Source: Proteromonas lacertae
Lineage: Eukaryota
Length of the DNA stretch: 64,000 nt
Assembly: GCA_002245135.1 (NCBI GenBank)
Contig: NGBS01000293.1
Coordinates: 62,001-126,000 of the forward strand
Reading direction: 5' to 3'
Shown here: positions 52,265 through 64,000 of the stretch, piece by piece
Layout: every line of letters begins with the position of its first letter
Position numbering within the stretch: position 1 is the stretch's first letter
Made by a program: the position numbers and the translations under genes
The notes under the pieces: generated by a model
Seen by the model: the letters and a program-made list of their open reading frames with translations, nothing else
Databases searched by the model: none
Told to the model about the DNA's origin: nothing

Positions 52265-55200
52265 ATGTCAAAAGCTATTGTTGGTATTAATTTAGGTGGA
52301 TATAACATGAGTGTAGTTGAAGGGGTGTATTCAAATGGAATGAATTTCCATATTATCGAAAATGCATTATCTCAAAAATCAACAAGGTATTCTACTACAT
52401 TTAAATATATAGAGCTGTTATTGAGTAGAAAGAAAATACTATACATGTTGGTTATAACATTTCAACACCAGTATTTGTTATTCTCTCTATTATTTAGGGA
52501 AGAAGAAGTAGAAATGTGTTCACATCTCCAAAAAGTATATTGGGATTAAACAAAGATGAATGTGTCGAAGATCTGAAGTATTTTCCTTCAATCCAAGTAG
52601 TTGGTGCAGCTGAACATCCTGATGTTGATATTCAAGAATTCCGATTGAATTTCTTAGGAAATGATAAATTTGTGAATAGTTTCCAGATTTATATTTCTTT
52701 TATAAAATTCTTGAATGAAATGATAAAGAATGTAGGAAATGAAGTGACTGAATATGTAATATCTGTATATATAATATATAATATAATAATAATAAATAGT
52801 ATCCTCCCTATTATAATGAAAAACAATTATTGAGTTTAAAAGAATTATTAAAAATATTGAATATGAGTAAAACAACAAGATTAATTCCTGAATATATAGC
52901 AAGTGGATTATGTTATGGATATGAGAATAATGATCGATTAAAGAGTAATGGAGTAAGTGAAATAATCACAATAATTGATATGGGTTATATTTGTAGTAGT
53001 TGTAGTATATTGAAATATGAGAGTGATGAAATGAAATTGTGTTTAAACAAAAATGAAAAATTAGGAGGTCGAGATATAGATAAAGTATTGATCGAATATA
53101 TATATGATAAAATGAAGATAGAATATGGTGATTTAAAAGATTTATATGAAGATTTCAGTTTATATAAAAAGATTGAGAAGAGTATAATAAACTGTAAAGA
53201 GAAGTTAAGTGCAGATGGAGCTGATGAGATAATGTTAAGTGTTGAATCGTTTTATGAAGATGAAGATTTTGAAACGACCTTAACTGTTGATGATTTAAAT
53301 AAATTATTAAAAGCAAATGGATTTGATGAAAGATTAAAGAATTTAGTTTATGAAACAATAAAAGAAAGTGAATTAAATGAAGAAGAAGTAAAAAAGTTAG
53401 AAATCGTAATAATAGGTGGAAGTATGAGAATTCCTTTATTCAAAACCAAACTATTAGAATTATTAGAAGAGACAAATGGAAAAGATAAACTAATTCAGAC
53501 CTTAAATATGGATGAGAATGATGCTTATGGATGTTGTTACTATAGTGGAATAAAAACTGAAAAATGGAAATATAAGATAGAAAACTTCGAAGAAAAGACT
53601 TTATTTGAATCAGATGAGAGAATTAGAGAAATAATAAAAGAAAGTTTAGAAAAAGATAAAGAAATGGAAGAAGAAGATAATAAAACGAAGAGAAACAGTA
53701 GTTATCGAAATGAACTGGAAGGAATAAAGTATATTTCATTTCATATATATAATATCAATAGGTTTCAATTACTTAAATTAGATAAAAACAAAGTTGATGG
53801 TAATATGTTAAAAAATTGTCTTGATGAAATAATAAGAATATTTAATGTAAAGAATAACACATTTGAAGATCTCTACAGAGATTTTGATAAGAATTATGGT
53901 GATTTTATCTTCAAACATTTAAATAAAAGACTATCAATATCAGCAGCTACAAAAGTTGAATCTGAGAAGAAATCCAATGATGAAATGAAGATGAATCAAT
54001 CAATAATGAATAGGAGAAATAGGAATACTTTAAGATTTACAATTAGTAATCCGTTAATAGGAGAATTAATTTCATCAATGTATAATCAGAAACTAGTATT
54101 TAATTGAATAGTACATTATACAACGATAAGATGGATATGTTAAAGAAATCAATTCCAAATCTATCAAACAGATTTCGATTTGAATTAGATAATGTTGTAA
54201 GTGATTATACATATAAAAACAAGAAACCAACAGTTGAAGAAATAAATTATTTAAAATCAAGAATTGCAAAAGAATCATTGAAATTAGATAAAATCTCGCA
54301 GGTTTATGATAAACTGTATTAATATAGCTTATGTTTTTATTATTAGAACACTTTTATCCACATTTATTGCATTTGCAGATCAAAAAGAATATTTAACTCC
54401 ACTTCAAAAGAAATTTGATGAATTAAATGAAGAAAATGATAGTAAGATTGATGATTATGAAAAACTCCAAAAAGATATTGAAGATGCTGAAATGAAGTAT
54501 AGTCTTGAAGAACAGAATACTTTGATGTATAATATTCATAATTTCATTATATTCAATAGTAAGAGAATTACTGATTTACAGACTGATGGTAGATATAGAG
54601 AAATAATGACACAATCTTGTATTCTACCTTCAATTCTTAATAAATCACAAAATACACTATTACAGTGTATTACAAAATTGAATAATGGTTGTTCAGATGA
54701 GGAAAGAAGAGATGCAATTAATTACCTTCAATATACAATAGATAAATTAGAAATGAGAAAAAGAGCAAATGATATAAAGAATAAGTTAATTGTTTTTTTG
54801 TATTAGTTTTTAGAAATATTCTTTTATATAGAAATTCATTGTTAAATAAGATAAAGATAAAAAATCCTATAGAAAAAAATGAAATTGAAATTACAATTAA
54901 TAGTTTAAGAAGTCTTACTCCTTACAATTTAAATGAAGGAGAATTGAATGATAAATATAATCATTATCAAGAGAAATATACTCTAATAATATCGAAATAT
55001 GAATTTGAAAAGATATTGTATTTGATTTTATTATAATAATTAATAGGAATGAATTAAAAGTAAAAATTGAAAAATTGAAAGAATATGGAATTGATAGATC
55101 AAAATCGATCAAAAGTGCTGATGATTTCTCAAAAGAAATTGATAATAAATCAACAGTTGAAATACAGAAAGTGATTGATAAAATTAAAAAATTAAATAAT

Positions 55201-55552
55201 AGATATAGTGTATATATATAATAGTATTATTATATAGAAACATGTAAGTATTTTGAAATTCAAATCTGATTTAGGCAAGAAAAGAACTACAGAAACATTT
55301 CCTTCTGATGAAAAAGTAAAAGTAGATGAATTCTGTGATAAAACTATCGAGCAAATAGTTGATGATTATGATAATGATGAAGATTTTAAAGAATTATATA
55401 ACGAAGTAAAGAAAATAGCTAAAAAGTATGATCTAAAAAACTCAATTCCTAATACTCCAAATCCTGGTTCTTCTTCTGCAACTAAACACATTGATATACC
55501 TTCCCCACTCAGTCAAACAACTTCTGTTTCACCACTTCCAGAGTCTAATTAG
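52265..55552 (+). CDS. Divergent Hsp70/Hsp110-family protein (multi-exon)
   Basis: VGINLGGYN, IIDMG, LGGRDIDKVL, CKEKLS, IIGGSMRIP and TLNMDENDAYGC are degenerate Hsp70/110 nucleotide-binding-domain motifs. A long helical C-terminus follows. Confidence 0.75.
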
Positions 55553-55932
55553 ATTTAATTAAATCTTATTATTATTATGATTTTATTATGTTTAATCTGT
55601 TACATCTTCCTTCTTCTACTGAGTGTGATTATATTCATTTTGTTTATTCGCTAAAGTATTTACTTCTCAATACAATGTTTTATCTTTTACTATTTACTTG
55701 TTTTTCTTCATCTTGCGGAATTACAAGGTTATCTTTTTTATTCTGAATTATCAGAAGATTAGGTTTTTTGTATTTTTTTAGTGGAATATCTTCAGTTTTA
55801 ATCAACTTAAAAATAATCAACTATTAATTATCTCTTTATTCATAGCATTATTACTTTATTATTGTTTTCGTCAAAATAGAATATCAAGCCAAACATTATT
55901 CATAATTTCTCAATTGTTTTTTGAAGAACATA

Positions 55933-57534
55933 ATGAGCAAATCATTCAGATTATTCTGTATAGATGATACTATATATGTAATAGTTGAAAAAATGAAAGA
56001 CTTTTTAGGACTTCTTCCATCTACAGTTAGATATGCAACAGCCACAAGTAAACTAACTGATCCTTCATTGGCATTAGAAGAATGCTTAAATGAAATTAGT
56101 ATTCATATACAAATGATATAATATTAGAGAAACAAGGTTTATACCATCCTACTTTGATATTAGGATCTACATCTTACAATATATTTCACCCAACTGGTTT
56201 ATTTAGTAAATTACCAGCACCATTTTTTGCTTGTATTTTTTTTATAAATTTATTTAATTTTAGATCAAAAAAAGAGTTCAGATCCATTTGTATCACTTAC
56301 TTACATCCAATTACCTCGTAAAATGTATTTAAAGCCATTCGTAATCGAAAGAAAACAAGCAATTCCTGATATTGGAAGTGTAACAAGTGTAGGATTAATA
56401 CCAAACAAGAATAATGAATCTCATTTATTATTGTTTTATAATTTATATACTCAATCAATCAATGTATATATATATATATATATATATGTTTATTATAAAA
56501 ATGAATAGAATTTCTTTAAAATTACCAATTTATATAAATATTCATCAATAATTTCATTTGTATTTTCCAACAGTGAATTTCATAGTTCAGTATGCACTTA
56601 TCCAGATACATCAGGTTTTATATGTACAGGATCTAATAAATATAGTGCTTCATTCTATAATGCAATAAAATCGTGGTTAAATACAGCTAATAATATAGAA
56701 ATGAGATATAATAAAAATGCAGATACAAACTTGTTTGAGTATATTTTATTATTATTATTATTATTATTTTATTTTAATAGAAATTATATTAAAAATGGTG
56801 AATCAGATTTTCTACCTCCCAAAATCACTACAATGTCAGAAGATAATAAACACATTTACAATATTCCAATAATAGTAAAAGAAATGAATTATTTACCTTA
56901 TCGTAAATACAATTTAGAATGTATTGATTATAATGAACAATATATATTACATACATGTAATAGAAGAAGACATCCCGTAGGAATATTACCTATTCCAACT
57001 ACTCAGCCTATCAAATTAATAAATAATAATAATAAGAATGGTAAAAAAGATAATAAACAAAGTAAAAGAATTCAGTTAAAAGTTGGCTCATATGCTATAT
57101 TAGCTTTACCGAGATATCAAAATCCATTTCCCAAGAATTTATACTCCAAACCGCCATCTTATACAGTAGATACATCTAAAAGAGTAAAAATTACAAAGAT
57201 AAAGAAATATAATATCAATAACAATAGTAATATTACTTATTGTGATGTTGATGTAATTGAAGATTTTCCATTGAGTAAAGAAGATGAATCAAAGATGGAA
57301 TATTTAATTAAAGAGTTGTTATTGTTAGGTCTTGTATTTGAATATCCATTGGTTAGTTTACCGAAATCGTATGAAGGAAAATCATTTTCATTTGCCAATA
57401 TGTTGACTGGAGTATCACTTTCGTCTAATTCATTGTTGAAAAGTGTTTTATCAACTCAAAATACACTTGAAAGAATGAATATGATATATAGAACCTTAAA
57501 TAGAGGAATATTTCCTGAAAGATATTCATTTTAA
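55933..57534 (+). CDS. Protein with a FIST-like N-terminus and a C-terminal Lon substrate-binding (PUA-like) domain (multi-exon)
   Basis: RYATATSKLTDPSLALEECLNEI resembles a FIST N-terminus. IPIIVKEMNYLPYRKYNLECID and SFSFA...VLSTQNTLERM resemble the Lon N-domain. The similarity is weak. Confidence 0.45.
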
Positions 57535-57667
57535 TTTTTTTAATTATTATTTTTAGATTTATTGTTTTCATTATTTCAAATTATAAAGAAATTCTATTAT
57601 ATTTTTTTATACTATTCATTAAATAACACAAAATTAATAACATAAAGGAATTATTAATCATTCTTTT

Positions 57668-58329
57668 TTAAGTATCTCTTCCAGTTAACACTAAAATTCC
57701 CATAAAAGCCAAAACACCATATTTTATCAACGGATAATCATTCAAAATAATAGTAACCATACCTCCATATGGTAAATAAGTAGTAACAACTCCAATTATA
57801 TCATCTCTAGTTATTACATCTCTATTACCACCATATAATGGTTGATCAAAACCAGCATTATTATCACCTTTTGTTAAAAATTCTCTTACTTTAATATCTC
57901 TATTATATATATTACAATAATAATATTATACTTTCTTTCAAATGTATTTAATACTCTATGCACAATGGGAATGGATCTTTCAGAAGAATGATAGACAACT
58001 ATATCACCAACAACAATTGTTCTGTTTACATTGTTGTTAAGTGCAAGTATATCACCACGAGCCATTGCTGGAAGCATACTTCCACTATTAAAGAGAAAAA
58101 TAGGAATAAAAACCATACCTCAATACAACAACAATTGGACTGTCATTATTAAAAATCACAATGCATGATTTCCATATCATTAATGCAGAAAGAACAATCA
58201 TTACCACACTTATTGTTTGATTTAAGAGCTATATCATAATAATAGCTTTATAAATACATTTCTCTTGTCCTTCCATAGATGAAGTATTTCTTTCTTTAAT
58301 TCATTAAGAGTAGCGCCAATACTATCCAT
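57668..58329 (-). CDS. SEC11: Signal peptidase complex catalytic subunit SEC11 (multi-exon)
   Basis: Spliced sequence gives [34 protein letters not shown] and [16 protein letters not shown]. Confidence 0.93.
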
Positions 58330-58407
58330 TTTTATTAATTTGGGTTTATGAAAAAAGTAATTTTTGGGAAACTTTTCGAACACCTAAAACATTTTTATTT
58401 TTTTAAA

Positions 58408-59494
58408 ATGCAAAGTAATCCTTCCTCAATACTTTATGTTTATGGCATTCCTAAAAATGTAACAGATCAAGCAATATCTGACTTTTTCGACCCAATTCCT
58501 GGTTTCTTACGTTTAACTACAGTAGTATGTTCTGAAGAAAAGTATATAAACTAAATATATGCAATTAGCAATTGTGTTTATGCATATTTTGACTCTATTG
58601 AAAATGCTTCAATGGCTAGAAACTACATAGACGGTAATTCTATAAATCAAAGTGAAACTAAAATGTATATCCTCTAAATAATAAATTTATATTTATCTAT
58701 TTTTTATATATAATAACTTCTTTAATTTGACTTACTCTCTACTTTCTCACCAACTCCAAATCCTATCCAACCAGAAGCTGATAAAGATTATTACATGCAA
58801 AATCATATCACAAATCCTTCTTCTAATTATAATAATAACACTATTAATAATAATAATACTTATCCATCTTCATCTTCTAATAGTAAATATTTTTTTATAT
58901 AATTTATAATACTTAGACGATCCTCGTACAAATATCTCATCATCATCATCATCTTCATCTTATTATCCAAATATACCTCCTTCATCAACTTCACCACAAA
59001 TTCCTCCACCTTCATCTTCCTATTATCCTAATCCAAATATTCCTCCGTCTAATACTCCACCAATTCAAAACACTCAAATGCCTGGCATGATTCAACCACC
59101 ACCTTCATCATCTTCAACTTCAATTCCATCTCCTTTGTCACAACCTCCTCCACCTAATGCTTATTGTTATTCTGCACATCCAGCAATGATGCTTCCTCCT
59201 AATGCAAATAAAACTATATTTTTGAATAATATACCAAATGATGCTACAGTTAGAGAATTGGCTCATATATTTAGACCATATCCTGGATATGTACAAGTTA
59301 GAATAATTCCAAAAGAAAAAAATGGAAAGAAATTCAATTTGTGCTTTGTTGATTTTGATAATGAGTTTAATTCTACAAGAGCAAAGAATGCTTTGAATGG
59401 TTATTTGTTTGATGGAAAGAATAATATTCATATGGGAATAGAATATGCTAAAGGTGTAAATCCAAATAGAAAACAAACTTCAAATCGTAAATAA
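58408..59494 (+). CDS. Two-RRM RNA-binding protein (RBPMS/U1A/NSR-like RRMs; multi-exon)
   Basis: RRM1 ILYVYGIPKNVTDQAISDFF, a Pro/Ser-rich linker, and RRM2 TIFLNNIPNDATVRELAHIFRPYPGY...LCFVDF. Confidence 0.85.
58667..58735 (+). other. U12-type AT-AC intron in the RRM gene (69 nt)
   Basis: 5' ATATCCTCT, branch point TTCTTTAAT at 58718-58726, and 3' TTAC. The phase-1 join T|TC restores the frame. There is no AG in the AT-rich stretch, and the GT at 58665 has no frame-compatible AG among the next three. Confidence 0.85.
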
Positions 59495-59613
59495 CTTTTA
59501 TTTTTTTATTTTGTTATATTACTTATTATTATTATTATTTCCTTTATTGTTATTTCTAGGATGTTTGCATTTCATAAAAATTAATGTGTGAAGAAATAAA
59601 AGAAAAATATTTT

Positions 59614-59630
59614 TCAAGCCTCAAGCTTGA
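59614..59630. promoter_or_regulatory. Candidate promoter element RGCTTGA/TCAAGCY (tandem and palindromic copy; single copies at 2225, 3250, 8235, 44664, 52237, 55884)
   Basis: It recurs about 20-65 nt upstream of seven start codons in otherwise very AT-rich intergenic DNA. Confidence 0.55.
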
Positions 59631-59662
59631 AGTTTAAAATTTAAATCTCACTTTCCCTCCAA

Positions 59663-62460
59663 ATGGATGAATTGGTTGAAATATTCAACGAAGTTCAAGT
59701 AAAAGAGAATTCTTTTGAGAAAAACCTCGCTAAACTCACAGAAATGAAGAATATAAAGAAGAAACAAAAACAATTCATCAAAAACTTCTTAGCAGTCATA
59801 GATCATATTCTAGTTCATTCCAAAAAGGGTGCATATATGGATAGAACATTAGAATTCATCAAATCTTTTGTTGAAAGTACAAAAGACAATTGTGAAGAAA
59901 TTGTCGCTCCTTTACTTGTTGTATAACTCTAATAATCATTTATATACAATTTATATAGCATATACTAGAAAAAATCAACTGTTCAGATAAAACAATAAGA
60001 TATCACTGTTGTGAGTTGATCACCATCATTTTAAATAACATAGGTGAAGAACCTGAACTACCGTATAAATATATATTATCTTTGTAATTCATAGTGATGA
60101 AGTTTGGGATGGTTTAACTGATAATCTCATCACCAGAGCAGATGACACAATTGTATCAGTAAGAGAGAAAGTATGTTATGCATTATCACGATTACAAATA
60201 CCAGATGATGAAAATGATATAACAAGGAAGAAATTAATAGAGATTATGGAAAAGGATGACTCTCCAAGTGTTAGATTAGCAGCACTATCAAGTCTAGTAA
60301 TAAATGATGTATATACTATAATATATATAATTTATTGATAATTAGTTGACAATTGAGAAAATTTTAGCCAGATGTAGAGATATCGATTCGTCAGTTAGAA
60401 ATACAGCATATAAAATATTAAAATCGAAATGGGAGATCAATAGTTTACATATAAGTGAAAGAATTGGTATTGTATTGTTAGGATTGAAAGATGAGTATAT
60501 CTATTGTTTTTATTGTTATAGGAATGAGAATGTCAGAGATTCAGTAATTTCATTAATTGTTGATAATTGGTTAAGTGATTGTGAATATAATATCTTATCT
60601 CTCTTAGACAAGTTAGATATTGACAATGACAGTTCCACTGCAGAAGTATTACTACCAGCATTATTTAAAGCAAGTGAAAGTAGTGATAATAATAATTTCA
60701 AGCAATGTGTGAAAATTACTATTGATTATAGTAAGTTAGATATATTACAAACAGTATATTGGAGATGTAGATGCATGTACTTAAAACAAAGCAATAAAAT
60801 AGCTGAATTAGAGGAGATTATACCTGAAATGTTGACATTTATTGATTTGTGTAATAATAACAGTGATAATGGTGCTGTAATAACGGAATTATATAAAATG
60901 ATACAATATTTAGACTTACATGATGAAGTAGGCAAGAGATCAGTAATTCAGTTATTAAAGAACAATCTAGAACATGTTGATAATGGTGATGATGTTTATC
61001 AGATAATGGAAGGGATGAAATATTTATTTAATAGTGACTTGGAGTTTGTGAGAGAGATAGTTCCATTAATATCAGATATTTTACATCCTATTATCCAGTC
61101 TGAAAATGGAGATCCTGAGGAAATAATGAAAGAAATTGAAATATTGAGAATGCAAGTTCAATCTAAGGAGGTATTAGATAGAATTTCAGAATTAACGAAT
61201 AAATTGGCGACATTAACAGAAATACCAGTAGAAATATCAATACCTTCATTACTACAAGCACTTTATATATTATGCTCATTACTAGAAAATACGACAATAT
61301 CAGTGCAAATACCTGAATTAAGCGGATTTTTAGACAATTTTGTATTAAAGAATATTGCTAATGATAATTCACATATCAGAGAAAAAGCAGTTAATGTTTT
61401 ATCGCTTTATTGTTTGAAAGATCAAAGCTTGGCTCGAAGACAAATTGTCTTATTCTGTAATATACTAATCAATGAGGATGAAAATAAATATGTGAAAGAA
61501 ATTGCATTGAAGATATTGTTTGATTTGAGTTTAGTTTATACTGGATATATTGACAGACACAGAATTAGTCAAAAATAGTAATTTTACAACAGAAGAAACA
61601 GTATATTTGTCTTATATTTTTGTTATTTAAATAGTTAATTGCATTCTTAGTTCAGTTTGTGAATTGTGATAATTCTATCCTTCGTACAATCTCCATAGAA
61701 GGTATTGGTAAATTGATATTATTCAATCGTTACATTAGTCCACAGATAATGGGAATATTAATCCTCTTATACTATAATCCTTCAGTATTAGATGAAGTAG
61801 ATACACATCTGATATTAGATACAATATTCCAATTATTAAAGGAGAAGAACACTCAAGAATACTATGATATAATAGAAAATGCATTTACTTATTGTTTACA
61901 CTCAATTACTGAAGCTCCTTCCGATAGTCCGATATATCAAATATCGTTGTATGAAATAGGTCAATTCTTCCTGTATTTATTTATTTGTTACATATATATA
62001 TATTTATAATGTATATAGATGTATATTGAATGAAAATGTATCTGATTTAAATGTAAAGAAAGAAAAATTATCACAATCACAACAAGAATCACAATTAAAA
62101 TTAACAGATGTTGAACTTACACCCAATAGTCAAGATGATAATGGATCAACCAATTATCATGAAAGAATAGCAATTGAAATATGTTGTACAATATTAGCAG
62201 GACCAAATAAACAACAAATTAAAGATCTCTGTAAGTTACTGGTGTTATTAAATATTCATAAAGAACATAAAGTGATTGTAAATCAAATAAATATATTGTG
62301 TAAGAAAATAAAAGAAGAATGTGGAAAAATTACTGGTGTATTGAAACTAATTAACCAAGTAGAAGATTCTATAAAAGATGTGGAAGAAATTGAGACTAAT
62401 ACAGATAAATTTGATGAATATATTGATAAACAAAGACAAGTATTACTTAATACTGATTAA
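59663..62460 (+). CDS. NCAPG: Condensin complex subunit 3 (CAP-G; multi-exon)
   Basis: HEAT repeats VREKVCYALSRLQ, DDSPSVRLAAL and RCRDIDSSVRNTAY, plus DLHDEVGKR, ALKILFDL and IEGIGKLIL...LILLYYNP. There is an apparent frame break near 61543. Confidence 0.88.
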
Positions 62461-62567
62461 ATAAACTCTCTATTATACTTTATTTTAATTTGTTAAAAAT
62501 ATATTCGTTTTGTTTTTGGTTATTGAAAAATAATCGTTTTTGATTTTTTATAATTCTTTGATTTTGA

Positions 62568-63833
62568 ATGGAAGCTTCAAAAATACCCACTTTCATTACA
62601 GGTGTTGATATGTATAGACAATGAAATATATTTTATTTAGAACTGAATATCATCCAGATGAACTAGGAGCAGATTTAGATGCCATCGTTGCAGGAGTTAC
62701 AGAAGCATTTATTTTATCTTATAATATCTATTAGGCAACTCAAGCAACATTATTATTAAAGAAAAGGAAGGAAATGAGAGAAGTAACTGATGAACTCGAA
62801 TTTATGAAAGAAGTATATGCTCAAAGAATGGAATCATGTAATGAAAGGTATAAAGAATATCAAAGAAAACTACACGACATGAATGAACAAGTTATGAAAT
62901 TTGAACGTTTTGTGAATGAAAATGATTCAAAGAGACGTAAAGCTGAAGCTAAAATAAAAGTATATTTTTAAATACAGTATTCTATATTAATAATAGTCTG
63001 AGAAAAAATCAATAGATTTACTAGTTCAACAAATCCAACAAGAAACAGAAGCTTTAAAAGAAAAGAAACTAGAAAAAGAACAATTAGAAAATCAATTGAA
63101 TAGACTTCGAAAATATAGAGATTTCTTATCTCAAACAGTAGAACAATCTAAAGAAGATTTTGAAGAAATTAATGATATATTAAATAGACACAAAACATTG
63201 GTTGATGCTCATAAAGATTTAGAAATAGATTGTGAGATAATAAAAGAAAAAGTAGATAATTTAAGACAACAAATGACATTAAAACGTGAATCAGCTCAAA
63301 ATCAAATATTGACAAAAAATAATGATGTATATTTTATATTTAATATAATTTAGATTCATTTATTACAAAAGAATGTGGAAGATATTCGTGCATTTGAAAG
63401 TCAAATCGAATCTGAGATTGAGAACCGATTAACTCAGAATAAAGACACAACAATGATCTGTGGACAAGTTACTTTAGCAATTCGAAATTTATATACAAGA
63501 ATGTTTCAATCTTACCGATTCAAACACAAGCCAGTTGAAGATAATAAGAGTCGTTCTACAATTGATGTATTAACCGATTATTTAGAAGAATTAAAGATAA
63601 GAATAATGGATTTACAAGAATTAGATGAGAAATATCCTCTTGTGAGAGATTTACATTCTCCTTCGAGTGATTCTCCAAGAAAGACGAGAAGCGCATCTTC
63701 TAGATCACAAGGTTCAGCAATATTGAATAGTAAAGGTAATAAAGCTAATAGTGAGTTTAATTCTCAATCTCAAATGAGTCAGCCAGATATGTCTGAAGAG
63801 AAATCATTTTACAGTTCAATTTCAAACAGATAA
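62568..63833 (+). CDS. CCDC42: Cilia/flagella-associated coiled-coil protein CCDC42/CFAP73-like (DUF4200; multi-exon)
   Basis: QATLLLKKRKEMREV, KFERFVNENDSKRRKA, FEEINDILNRHKTL and GQVTLAIRNLY segments. Confidence 0.85.
62705..62734 (+). other. Candidate GC-AG intron (30 nt) in CCDC42
   Basis: GAA|GCATTTATTTT...TATTAG|GCA. The unspliced frame ends at the TAG, so an intron is required. Confidence 0.6.
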
Positions 63834-64000
63834 AAGAAAGAAACCGTATTAATAGCTATAATAATTTTAATAAAATATTTATTTATTTCAGATGTGTATA
63901 TTTTGATTAGATTGAGAAAGATGTAATAAATGGGTAGAATAAGAAATTACATATATCAATAGCAGATAATGTAACTATTTCATCTTCATTGAGCATAATG

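Noticed and set aside
55560..55900. Possible small minus-strand gene
   Set aside because: Only short interrupted frames, with no recognisable product.
1..64000. Alternative (ciliate-type) genetic code as the cause of fragmented ORFs
   Set aside because: Long intact ORFs exist in the standard code, the breaks coincide with GT...AG introns, and TAA, TAG and TGA all terminate conserved proteins.
1..64000. tRNA, rRNA or snRNA genes
   Set aside because: No GC-rich structured segment or recognisable box was seen. A covariance-model search would be needed to exclude small RNAs.

Overview
This is AT-rich, gene-dense eukaryotic nuclear DNA read in the standard genetic code. It has many very short spliceosomal introns (mostly about 25-45 nt, GTAT...TAG), so the ORF track splits most genes. 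I reconstructed 24 protein-coding genes by splicing manually. They include a Tudor/Agenet-like repeat protein, RNF126-like E3 ligase, TBL1-like LisH-WD40 protein, two inverted copies of an FkbM methyltransferase, G-alpha, ELO elongase, RRP7, TSET subunit TTRAY2/TWD40-2, DRC2/CCDC65, a ~2,037-aa PA14/Ig surface protein, RSPH4/6, an RCC1 + UBR-like zinc finger protein, FCP1-like CTD phosphatase, glycogen debranching enzyme, symplekin, an IQ/TPR protein, a divergent Hsp70/110, a FIST-like/Lon-N protein, SEC11, a 2xRRM protein, condensin CAP-G and CCDC42. There are also Tc1/IS630 and Mutator-like transposase relics. Intron size and gene content suggest a Blastocystis/Proteromonas-type stramenopile that retains flagellar genes (inference). 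Most notable: (1) two AT-AC minor-spliceosome (U12-type) introns sharing a variant branch point TTCTTTAAT; (2) two recurring candidate promoter motifs, RGCTTGA and AAACGGAYAT; (3) an inverted FkbM duplicate with identical non-coding DNA but clustered amino-acid changes; (4) a CxC...CxC insertion in G-alpha. Gene names come from recalled motifs, not database searches.
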